From Macrostomum hystrix (Eukaryota > Animalia > Platyhelminthes): a stretch of DNA of 64,000 bases. The DNA is taken from contig CATNEN010000039.1 in the NCBI GenBank assembly GCA_950097015.1, positions 2,356,001-2,420,000 of the forward strand, given 5' to 3'. The translations under genes were made by a program, and so were the position numbers. The notes below the pieces were generated by a model. It was not told the DNA's origin, searched no databases, and was given only the letters and a program-made list of their open reading frames with translations. The number at the start of each line of letters is the position of its first letter. Position 1 is the first letter of the stretch. Below, piece after piece: positions 1 to 21,291 of the stretch.

Positions 1-2745
1 CTAAATCAAGTGTGTCGAAATCAAGTTTGTCGAAATCAAGTTTGTCGAAATCAAGTTTGTCGAAATCAAGTTTGTCGAAATCTATTTTGTCTAAATCAAG
101 TTTGTCGAAGTCTAGTTTGTCGAAATCTAGTTTGTCTCAATCAAGTTTGTCGAAATCTAGTTTGTCGAAATCAGGTTTGTCGAAATCAAGTTTGTCGAAT
201 TCAAGTGTGTCGAAATCTAGTTTGTAGCAATCTAGTTTGTCGAATTAAAGTGTATCGAATTCAAGTTTGTCGAAATAAAGTTTGTTGAGTTCTAGTTTGT
301 CTAAATCAAGTGTGTCGAAATCTAGTTTGTCGAAATCAAGTTTGTCGAAATCAAGTTTGTCGAAATCAAGTTTGTCGAAATCTATTTTGTCTAAATCAAG
401 TTTGTCGAAGTCTAGTTTGTCGAAATCTAGTTTGTCTCAATCAAGTTTGTCGAAATCTAGTTTGTCGAAATCAAGTTTGTCGAAATCTAGTTTGTCGAAA
501 TCTAGTTTGTCGAAATCTAGTTTGTCGAAATCTAGTTTGTCGAAATCTAGTTTGTCTCAATCAAGTTTGTCGAAATCAAGTTTTGTCGAAATCTAGTTTG
601 TCGAAATCTAGTTTGTCGAAATCTAGTTTATCGAAATCTAGTTTGTCGAAATAAAGTTTGTCGAAATCTAGTTTGTCTCAATCAAGTTTGTCTCAATCAA
701 GTTTGTCGAAATCTAGTTTGTCGAAATCTAGTTTGTCTCAATCAGGTTTGTCGAAATCAAGTTTGTCGAAATCAAGCTTGTCGAAATCAAATTTGTCGAA
801 ATCTATTTTGTCGAAATCTAGTTTGTCGAAATCTAGTTTGTCGAAATCTAGTTTGTCCAAATCTAGTTTGTCGAAATCTAGTTTGTCTCAATCAGGTTTG
901 TCGAAATCAAGTTTGTCGAAATCTAGTTTGTCGAAATCTAGTTTGTCTCAATCAAGTTTGTCGAAATCTAGTTTGTCTCAATCAAGTTTGTCGAAATCTA
1001 GTTTGTCTCAATCAAGTTTGTCTCAATCAAGTTTGTCTCAATCAAGTTTGTCGAAATCTATTTTGTCGAAATCTAGTTTGTCTCAATCAAGTTTGTCGAA
1101 ATAAAGTTTGTCGAAATAAAGTTTTTCGAAATCAAGTTTGTCGAAATCAAGTTTGTCGAAATCAAGTTTGTCGAAATCAAGTTTGTCGAAATCAAGTTTG
1201 TCGAAATCAAGTTTGTCGAAATCTAGTTTGTCGAAATCAAGTTTGTCGAATTCAAGTTTGTCGAATTAAAGTTTGTCTAATTCTAGTTTGTCTAAATCAA
1301 GTGTGTCGAAATCAAGTGCGTCGAAATCAAGTTTGTCGAAATCAAGTTTGTCGAAATCTATTTTGTCGAAATCTAGTTTGTCTCTATCAAGTTTGTCTCA
1401 ATCAAGTTTGTCGAAATCAAGTTTGTCGAAATCAAGTTTGTCGAAATCAAGTTTGTCGAAATCTATTTTGTCAAAATCTAGTGTGTCAAAATCAAGTTTG
1501 TCGAATTATTGTGTCTCAAAATCAAGTGTGTCGAAATTTAGTTTGTCGAAATCAAGTTTGTCGAAATCTAGTTTGTCGAAATTTAGTTTGTCGAAATCTA
1601 GTTTGTCGAAATCAAGTTTGTCAAAATCTAGTTTGTCGAAATCAAATTTGTCGAAATCTAGTTTGTCGAAATCTAGTTTGTCGAAATCTAGTTTGTCGAA
1701 ATCTAGTTTGTCGAAATCTAGTTTGTCGAAATCAAGTTTGTCGAAATCAAGTTTGTCGAAATCTAGTTTGTCAAAATCACGTGTGTCGAAATCTAGTTTG
1801 TCAAAATCACGTGTGTCGAAATCTAGTTTGACAAAATCTAGTTTGTCGAAAAAAGTGTGTCGAAAAATAGTTTGTCGAATTCAAGTGTGTCGAAATCTAG
1901 TTTGTGGCAATCTAGTTTGTCGAATTAAAGTGTATCGAATTCAAGTGTGTCGAAATCAAGTTTGTCGAAATCTAGTTTGTCGAATTCTAGTTTGTCGAAA
2001 TATAGTTTGTCGAAATATAGTTTGTCGAAATCAAGTGTGTCGAAATCAAGTGCGTCGAAATCTAGTTTGTCAAAATCTAGTTTGTCGAAAAAAGTGTGTC
2101 GAAAACTAGTTTGTCGAATTCAAGTGTGTCTCAATCAGGTTTGTCGAAATCAAGTTTGTCGAATTCAAGTGTGTCGAAATCTAGTTTGTAGCAATCTAGT
2201 TTGTCGAATTAAAGTGTATCGAATTCAAGTTTGTCCAAATAAAGTTTGTTGAGTTCTAGTTTGTCTAAATCAAGTGTGTCGAAATCAAGTTTGTCGAAAT
2301 CAAGTTTGTCGAAATCAAGTTTGTCGAAATCAAGTTTGGCGAAATCTAGTTTGTCGAATTCTAGTTTGTCGAAATCTAGTTTGTCGAAATATAGTTTGTC
2401 GAAATCAAGTGTGTCGAAATCAAGTGCGTCGAAATCTAGTTTGTCAAAATCTAGATTGTCGAAAAATTGTGTCGAAAACTAGTTTGTCGAATTCAAGTGT
2501 GTCTCAATCAGGTTTGTCGAAATCCAGTTTGTCGAAATCTGGTTTGTCGAAATCTAGTTTTTCGAAATCTAGTTTGTCGAAATCTAGTTTGTCGAAATCA
2601 ATTTTGTCGAAATCTAGTTTGTCGAAATCAAGTTTGTCGAAATCTAGTTTCTCGAAATCAAGTTTGTCGAAATCAAGTTTGTCGAAATCAAATTTGTCGA
2701 AATCTAGTTTGTCGAAATCAAGTTTGTCGAAATCTAGCCTGTCAA
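1..2745. repeat. 15-bp minisatellite (GTTTGTCGAAATC[T/A]A)n in a Cav1 intron; runs off the window start
   Basis: Directly visible period, with higher-order duplication (block at 1 recurs at 301). Confidence 0.98.
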
Positions 2746-3407
2746 CTGCAAAAGTCCCTATGAATCGAAGTTTGTGGAATCGCTTGTCGAATGAAATGAC
2801 TGCTAAGCAAGAGCAGTCAACTCATCTGCTCACACCTAAAGTTCCTAAATTTCAGCTCTTCCCAACTGCTTTTCCACTCCCTGAATCCCTTCTCATATTT
2901 TCTGTCGCCCATATAGCTATTAAGGAAATCTCCATAGGATTTTGAGCTTGTTGGTGATGGAGCTTTTTAAGCCGAAATCTCTGCCTGAGTTTTTGAGACG
3001 CTTGGGCTGCTGATGCCGCCTGTTCGCATGCTGTCCATGGCTGCCAGACAGGGCACTGCTGTCGAGCCTTGTCCAGCTCACTCTGGAAATGCCAAGTTGT
3101 GGCACTTTTTCTTGTGCATTCTTGTTTATCGGTTTGCAGTTTGAATTTCTAACGACTTGTTGTCAGTCTGGGGCACTTAATACTACTCACCGTTTTTTGT
3201 AAGTTAATAGCTAGTAAAGCTTAAGATTCTAATAACAAGTTAATATGAGTTGCACGGCATCTACTAAGTGCGGAAGAGATTTGGAATTTAAAGTTGGAAC
3301 TAATTTAGAAATTAGTTTGGCTTTGGTGTGCTGGCCATTATTCTTTGACACTTTTATATAAGACTTTTGACAATGTCTCACACAGGACACACCTGTGCCC
3401 AGAATGA

Positions 3408-11081
<7,674 letters not shown>

Positions 11082-12667
11082 CTGGCCATCGGAGACACTG
11101 CGGATCAGGACTGACTCTGACACTGCCTTGCTGGCTTCGGTGGGTGCTTTGAAATATTCAATTGGGGATCAAGTTCTGCGGCTTAGGTGTAAAAAAATTC
11201 ACGGCCTCACAAATTGTTTTCTTTTTTTTTCGAAAAATAAATGCGGCCTATTTTCTTTCAAAGTTCTTCTTGATTTTGAATTTGGATGGACCAATTAGTC
11301 AATCCTGCATGTTACCTGAGCTCGCCACCTGACTGTGCTCTGCCCATGCCACTCCGACTGTACATTTCACTCCAAGTATAGCTTATCTAGACTGATCGAC
11401 TCTGCTATGAGGTATTCAGTTGCTGCTGGTGCTAACGGCAGTTTACTCAAATGTTTACCCTGCCCACCCATTGAGCCTTGCCCACCCATTGCACATCATT
11501 GTCCCTCTAACCTGCGAACTGTCCATGCTGCAGATAACAAGTATTCTTCTTGCTACCTATGAGAACCTGCTGATTCGCTTAGATCACTTAGAATTGTTCA
11601 TAAATGTTTGATTGAATCGCTTTTTAACTGTTCATCCATAGTGCTCTTTATAATTCACCTGAATAGTCGTAGTACTGCCCCTGCAATTAGCAGATTTTAC
11701 ACCTACCAATGTTACTCATTTGCTACCTTTGACTGTTTGATCTCCGTCACTTGGCTGTTAGCCCAGACTGCACACCTGTCAATCAATACCGCACAGTTGT
11801 TTCTTTAAGCCAAGCCTGTACGGATACAAATGCAGCCGCTTTCGTCCAGGAATTCTCTCAGTGCCGAGATTCAATGACTTGTTGACCAATAGACGGAGCT
11901 GTGCCTCAAAACCCCACCAGGAGAGTGTTACGAATTCGGCACAGGTGTTAAAGCTGGCATTTAGGCTACATGATGATGCGCATATGCCTATTTCCTATAG
12001 TAGCAGTTGAGCACCAAAGAAATCTTGTCTTCTCATGCCTTTTAGCTGCTGTAGGTTGATTATTCGGAAATGTTGTTCTCCAAAAGAGTATTCTATATTC
12101 TTAATTTTTTCTCTGTTTTCCTGTTCCTAAAATAAACTTATTTTTTCCTTTCCGAGTGTTCTCAATGTCGATATCGAAGCAATGTACCAAATTAGGCCCT
12201 GTTGAAGTGACTTTGCCAAAACTCCCCGAGCGATGAAATGCTGTCAGGCCACTGCAGTCCCATTGCTGCTATAGTATTCATCAACCCTCACTGAGCTGTT
12301 AACCCAACAGAACTACATTGTGTCTTTTTCTGTGTGATCGATATGTTAATTATGAATCAGACGGACAGACGGTCGATTGAAATTATACAAATTTACACAC
12401 TAAATCTGCGACTCGTGCATGGCTATTAGATATGCGAGCAATAGATCTATAAATAATATACAAATATTTATCTATATGTGATTTTCAATCCCAGCAGGTA
12501 AATGTCAGCAGGCTGAACAATTTATCTTCCGGTTTATTTCCTAGAAAACGTTATAAATTAACAGTAGAAGGACTACTGGGGTATTTCAGATACTTCGAAG
12601 TACCCAATTTTTTTTCTAAGTATCTACCAAAACTTTCTAATAATCACTATGAAAATCCAGAACTATC

Positions 12668-12730
12668 TGATGAACTACCTGATGAACTACCTGATGAACT
12701 ACCTGATGAACTACCTGATGAACTACCTGA
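12668..12730. repeat. 12-bp repeat (GATGAACTACCT)n, about 5 copies
   Basis: Direct inspection; just 3' of the USP stop. Confidence 0.9.
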
Positions 12731-12864
12731 CTCTTCATACTTTAAAAGCCACCCTTCGTGGCAATTTAGGATTTCGGCATTGAGAACTAGCTTGAAATTC
12801 GAGTCTGGAATTCAGTTACTGTAAAATGATTTGCATAGCAATGTTCAGCCATTGCGCCGCGGGT

Positions 12865-13332
12865 TCACTTGGCGGGAGGCACAACGGCCACAGGCCGGTG
12901 AGCGTGGTGCAGCACGTAGTCGGAAACGCTGCCCAAGAAGGTCCTCCTGACTGTGCCGAGGCCACGGTTGCCCACCACGATCAGGTCCACCGACTCCTCG
13001 TTGGCGACGTCGACAATGGCCTCCCCGGCGTTGCTGGCCAGGCGCTCCAAGAACCGAATGCCCGCCGTCTGCAGCTTCATGGCCGCGCAGCGGTGCTTCA
13101 TCCGGTCGGCCAGCTCGCGGCCCGCCTTCACCGCCTGGCCCATGGAGTCCGCGTAGGCTCGCGAGGCCTCCTCCATCGGCACGCCGGCGCCCTTCAGCAT
13201 CGGCGGCGGCTCCGCCACCATCAGGAAGATCACGTGATCGTCCTTGTGGCGCAGGTGCTGGTTGTACCAGTCCAGGGCGCGGTCGCTGTGCTGACTGCCG
13301 TCAATCGGCAGGAGGACTGTGCGGCCGGGCAT
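12865..13332 (-). CDS. Universal stress protein (UspA-like), intronless, 155 aa
   Basis: N-terminal MPGRTVLLPIDGSQHSDRALDW and C-terminal IVDVANEESVDLIVVGNRGLGTVRRTFLGSVSDYVLHHAHRPVAVVP, the USP G-x2-G-x9-GS ATP-binding signature. First ATG at 13332. Confidence 0.95.
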   Translation of the reverse strand: MPGRTVLLPIDGSQHSDRALDWYNQHLRHKDDHVIFLMVAEPPPMLKGAGVPMEEASRAYADSMGQAVKAGRELADRMKHRCAAMKLQTAGIRFLERLASNAGEAIVDVANEESVDLIVVGNRGLGTVRRTFLGSVSDYVLHHAHRPVAVVPPAK

Positions 13333-13585
13333 GTCAATGCTGGCTGTGCGCTTGCGGACCAAATTTACTGCTCGATTGGTTGCTAGGAGCCTCCCTGAGC
13401 AGTTTGCGCCGGCTTTTTAATCGCTTCGCCTACTAGAGATAAGCCCACACGCGGCTCACTTCAACTCTGATAGTACCAAAGCTGCCCCTTGCTGCATTTT
13501 TTACCTTAATTTAAGCTGCTCTTTTTTGCTTTTCTTGTCATAGAAAAAGACATTATTTCAGTCAGTTGTTTAGCTATTGCGCCGC

Positions 13586-13785
13586 GCATCTGAAGGCTTC
13601 GTTGATCAGTCCATGGACTGGGTGGGCGCCACAACCGCCCCCAATAAACCCTGCTGATGCTGTTGACAATGTAAAAGCTGGGCGAACTGAAGCAATTGAG
13701 ATTTGAAGTGTGCCAAGGGACTCAAATTATTCCTGTGGAGTCGGGAATCGAACCCAAGTTGAATTCTCAACCGCATGTCCTCTAT
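13586..13785 (-). mobile_element. tRNA-derived SINE-like element, copy 1
   Basis: Minus-strand B-box-like GGGTTCGATTCCC (13755-13743). Collinear similarity to 36847-37085: GCATCTGAAGGCT, CAGTCCATGGACTG, GAACTGAAGCAAT, TGGAGTC.GGAATC.AACCC. Confidence 0.7.
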
Positions 13786-14036
13786 TTGTCTCCCGGCCAA
13801 GAAATCCGGTCCAGTCTGGCTGTGTTGATCGGGTTGGCTGACAGCAACTGCGCCCCAACCAGCCAGTGAAATACTCAAGCATTGCAATATTTGACTCTCA
13901 CTGAAATACTGCCTTCTCTATGCCCCGTTTGTTGGTGTCCGATTAGATAAGAAAGACGCCATGGTCCAAGCTTTTGTAAAAATTGAGACCAAAATGATTA
14001 GCAATTTCAACTTCTATTTGTTAGTCAGTCTCGATT

Positions 14037-14330
14037 TGTTAGGCATCGAGTCCTCACCTCTAAAGTGTTAGACTGAGCTGTCAAAGTGTTAGGCATCGAG
14101 CCCTCACCTGTTAGACAAAGCTGTCAAAGTGTTGGGCATCGAGCCCTCACCTGTTAGACTGAGCTGTCAAAGTGTTAGGCATCGAGTCGTCACCTGTTAG
14201 ACTGAGCTGTCAAAGTGTTAGGCATCGAGCCCTCACCTGTTAGACTGAGCTGTCAAAGTGTTAGGCATCGAGTCCTCACCTGTTAGACAAAGCTGTCAAA
14301 GTGTTAGGCATCGAGCCCTCACCTGTTAGA
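14037..14330. repeat. 43-bp minisatellite (GTTAGGCATCGAGCCCTCACCTGTTAGACTGAGCTGTCAAAGT)n
   Basis: Period 43 (14174 to 14217). Confidence 0.95.
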
Positions 14331-14645
14331 AATACGAAATTACGAAAATACCAAACTAAAAATTCTGAAGTTCTAAAATATAGAAGCCAGCATTGACTTC
14401 TGAGAAGGCCACTTCAGAGAGAGAATCTGTTGTTAGACAGAGCTGATATATTTTGCAACACTTGCACAAGAGATTAGACGGTTACGAGGCATATTTCAGA
14501 GAGAAGATATCAGCAAATAAGCTCAATTTGGGCAGGTGCAAATACGAGTCGTATATCAGGCATGTTTTGCTTGTCGTCTTGTTAAAGATGCAATGACAAA
14601 ATAACACTCGTATACTCGTTTAACGAGAACTAGACAATCTAATCT

Positions 14646-15205
14646 CACCACAATGACCTCAATAACGGATAATTTAACCATAATGGCATCAATCAAGGAT
14701 AGTCATTTCACCACAATGACCTCAATAAAGGATAGTCATTTCACCACAATGACCTCAATAAAGGATAGTCATTTCACCACAATGACCTCAATAAAGGATA
14801 GTCATTTCACAACAATGACCTCAATAAAGGATAGTCATTTCACCACAATGACCTCAATAAAGGATAGTCATTTCACCACAATGACCTCAATAAAGGATAG
14901 TCATTTCACCACAATGACCTCAATAAAGGATAGTCATTTCACCACAATGACCTCAATAAAGGATAGTCATTTCACCACAATGACCTCAATAAAGGATAGT
15001 CATTTCACCACAATGACCTCAATAAAGGATAGTCATTTCACCACAATGACCTCAATAAAGGATAGTCATTTCACCACAATGACCTCAATAAAGGATAGTC
15101 ATTTCACCACAATGGCATCAATCAAGGATAGTCATTTCACCACAATGACCTCAATAAAGGATAGTCATTTCACCACAATGGCATCAATCAGGGAAATTCA
15201 TTTAC
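14646..15205. repeat. 33-bp minisatellite (ATGACCTCAATAAAGGATAGTCATTTCACCACA)n, about 16 copies
   Basis: Direct inspection. Confidence 0.97.
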
Positions 15206-15674
15206 CCCCAATGAACTCAGGAACGTAAAATTACTCTAAAAAACTCAACTGGGAAAACTGTATTCAGCTGTCAAAGCCTATCAAAAGCAGACAGGTAAGG
15301 AACTTAAAGACAAAGCGAAGAAACAGTTTACGAAAAAATTATCTGCAAGTTCAGAAAAAATAAAGATTATCTGTAAACGATAAAAGAGTGACAAGGTCGC
15401 TAGCTATTAAAAAAGTCAAATTGTAGCAGAAATGGTCAAACAGACAAGAATTTTCACAAAAAAGCACGGGTGGAAAATCGCTGTCACTAAATGTGCAACA
15501 AAATGGCAACAAAGGTTCGTGGCGCATCTTAACTTTGAAAGGGTGCAGGCACTGTTCATGTTGGACTAGAGACAAAGGAGCTTTTAATTGCACTTATTGT
15601 TTACCTGTGCAAGTGAAGTAAAAATTGCAAGAACCTCTGATTTCAGTAGTAAAACTTATATTGCAATTTTTTTT

Positions 15675-17515
15675 GACACACAGTTGGAGCATCTAGAGAC
15701 ACACAGTTGAAGCATCTATAGACACACAGTTGAATCATCTATAGACACACAGTTGAAGCATCTATAGACACACAGTTGAAGCATCTATAGACACACAGTT
15801 GGAGCATCTAGAGACACACAGTTGAAGCATCTAGAGACACACAGTTGAAGCATCTAGAGACACACAGTTGGAGCATCTATAGACACACAGTTGAAGCATC
15901 TAGAGACACACACAGTTGAAGCATCTATAGACACACAGTTGAAGCATCTATAGACACACAGTTGGAGCATCTATAGACACACAGTTGAAGCATCTAGAGA
16001 CACACACAGTTGAAGCATCTAGAGACACACAGTTGAATCATCTATAGACACACAGTTGAAGCATCTATAGACACACAGTTGAAGCATCTATAGACACACA
16101 GTTGGAGCATCTAGAGACACACAGTTGAAGCATCTAGAGACACACAGTTGAAGCATCTAGAGACACACAGTTGGAGCATCTATAGACACACAGTTGAAGC
16201 ATCTAGAGACACACACAGTTGAAGCATCTATAGACACACAGTTGAAGCATCTATAGACACACAGTTGGAGCATCTATAGACACACAGTTGAAGCATCTAG
16301 AGACACACACAGTTGAAGCATCTAGAGACACACACAGTTGAAGCATCTATAGACACACAGTTGGAGCATCTATAGACACACAGTTGAAGCATCTAGAGAC
16401 ACACACAGTTGAAGCATCTATAGACACACAGTTGAAGCATCTAGAGACACACAGTTGGAGCATCTATAGACACACAGTTGAAGCATCTAGAGACACACAC
16501 AGTTGAAGCATCTATAGACACACAGTTGGAGCATCTATAGACACACAGTTGAAGCATCTAGAGACACACACAGTTGAAGCATCTATAGACACACAGTTGA
16601 AGCATCTAGAGACACACAGTTGAAGCATCTAGAGACACACAGTTGAAGCATCTATAGACACACAGTTGAAGCATCTAGAGACACACACAGTTGAAGCATC
16701 TAGAGACACACAGTTGGAGCATCTAGAGACACACACAGTTGAAGCATCTAGAGACACACAGTTGAAGCATCTATAGACACACAGTTGAAGCATCTAGAGA
16801 CACACACAGTTGAAGCATCTAGAGACACACAGTTGAAGCATCTAGAGACACACAGTTGAAGCATCTAGAGACACACACAGTTGAAGCATCTATAGACACA
16901 CAGTTGAAGCATCTAGAGGCACACACAGTTGAAGCATCTATAGACACACAGTTGAAGCATCTAGAGACACACACAGTTGAAGCATCTATAGACACACAGT
17001 TGAAGCATCTAGAGACACACACAGTTGAAGCATCTAGAGACACACAGTTGAAGCATCTAGAGACACACAGTTGAAGCATCTAGAGACACACAGTTGAAGC
17101 ATCTAGAGACACACAGTTGAAGCATCTATAGACACACAGTTGAAGCATCTAGAGACACACAGTTGAAGCATCTATAGACACACAGTTGAAGCATCTAGAG
17201 ACACACAGTTGAAGCATCTAGAGACACACACAGTTGAAGCATCTATAGACACACAGTTGAAGCATCTAGAGGCACACACAGTTGAAGCATCTATAGACAC
17301 ACAGTTGAAGCATCTAGAGACACACACAGTTGAAGCATCTATAGACACACAGTTGAAGCATCTATAGACACACAGTTGAAGCATCTAGAGACACACACAG
17401 TTGAAGCATCTAGAGGCACACACAGTTGAAGCATCTAGAGACACACACAGTTGAAGCATCTATAGACACACAGTTGGAGCATCTAGAGGCACACACAGTT
17501 GAAGCATCTAGAGAG
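15675..17515. repeat. 23/25-bp minisatellite (AGAGACACACAGTTGAAGCATCT)n
   Basis: Direct inspection; variants differ by one CA unit; degenerate tail to about 17670. Confidence 0.98.
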
Positions 17516-17886
17516 CGTGTTTAGATGATCTAGAGAGCTCAAACACAGATATTAGATACGTCTAGAGACAAAAACTAGAAAATGTGAACACAAAAAGCAA
17601 TCTAGAGACAAACACACTTAAAGCATCTAAAGATTGATCTAGAGGCACGCGTTAAAATAATCTACAGAGATAAAAGTAGAACCGTATTGTGTCGCTGACA
17701 GTGCAGGAATGTGCAACAGGAATCATGAATTGCGGGCTATTAATAAGGAGGACACAATTAGAATTTAATATAAACCAATCGAAAAATGGTGGGAGCATCT
17801 CAACAAAAATAGCGTCGAGAGCCTCTAGAACATCACGGCCTGCTCACGGCTGTCTCCCAAATGCTACTCGCACACAGCGTCTGTGC

Positions 17887-19991
<2,105 letters not shown>

Positions 19992-21291
19992 TAAATTAAG
20001 TTTTGAATTATCTATTTACATATTTCTTCATTCGAAAATAGCAAATGCATGGCCTAACAAACGCAACACCTAATGCCCCAATATATATAGTGTAATAAAT
20101 GTGGTAAAATATTCGTGCAGTAATTAACAAATCAGAAAAGTATTTGACGCAAATTATATATGCACGAAATTGCTAAATAAGCAAATTGATGAGTTAAAAA
20201 TTAACTTGTATATTCTATGACTCTTTTTAAGTAGCTTTATATTTTTGTCTATCACTAAAGCATTTAAATTTGTTTGAACATGTTGTTCACCCCCGGAACA
20301 TTTCGCTTTTGTTTTTCTAAGCGTAAAAGCAGTTTTTACTGTTTTACTTAATCGTGTGACATTCATGGACACTAGAAAAAAATGACTGAGGTACAGTGTA
20401 AATTTATCGAGGAAAATAATGATTTTTTTTCACTATATTAGAATGTGTTCCAATTTAAATATATTTTAGCACGCAAATTATTGCAAAATTAGAAAAAAAT
20501 AGTATTCTAAAGGGAAAAAATGATGTTAGAGAAAGAAATTTATTTGATCTCGGGTATACTATGTTTTTTAATTAATTAAATTAATAACTACGACACATTG
20601 CGTGGTAATTCTAACTTTATTCGTCAATTAATTACTTGCAAATTAACTGCAAAAATAGTTCCATTGCTTTCAATGGACTTCGCACAACAATGCGAAGTCG
20701 ACATCTTATGAGATGATTATCAGATGCTCTTATCAGAATCTCATACTTTTAATTCTAATTTTTGATACATAATTGCTCTAGGAATATATTAACTTTGTAA
20801 TCGTCTGCCTGCCTTCTTGAACAGTTACAAATTCAACTCTCCTCGAGGCATTATCAAGATTATAGTTGAATGACATAATGAACGTAATGAACGTATCACG
20901 CATGAACGTAAGTGCTGCCTTAAGTCAAGCATATGATGCAATTCGCTAGCGGAGTTTATCCATTTTCGTAATAAAGGACTAAACAAGTTATTGAACATAT
21001 GATTAGAGTTAGCGCAATTGTCTTGCTAAAGCAGATTTTTTAACCATAACTTTACGTCAGATCTATCTTTCATTTCTATGAAGGATGAATAAAGGATTTA
21101 ACAAGTTAAATACGGTGCAGGCAAAAAGTAAAAGTAAAAGGTAAGTGAAGTTAAAAAACAAATCACTTATATACTACGAGTCCAATTAAGAGAGTCAATA
21201 AAGTTGATTTGCTGCATGGATGAGTCGACCAATCTCCATTCACGGACTACTCAAGCAAAAACGAAAATTTAGTAGTCCGTGTCTCCACTGC

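Noticed and set aside
10-2945. Long SKSSL / VCRNL repeat ORFs, superficially like pentapeptide-repeat proteins
   Set aside because: They are translations of a 15-bp array with frameshifts and stops, upstream of a Cav1 acceptor and therefore intronic.
11335-11960. Possible decayed LINE 3' fragment downstream of Cav1
   Set aside because: Only a vague resemblance (YENLLIRLDHLELF), with no RT or endonuclease motif visible. It needs a translated Dfam search.
14653-15228. 191-aa MTSIKDSHFTT repeat ORF with ATG and stop
   Set aside because: Openness follows from a stop-free 33-bp unit. Copies are nearly identical with no synonymous-biased divergence, and there is no unique domain. Proteomics or Ribo-seq would be needed to rescue it.
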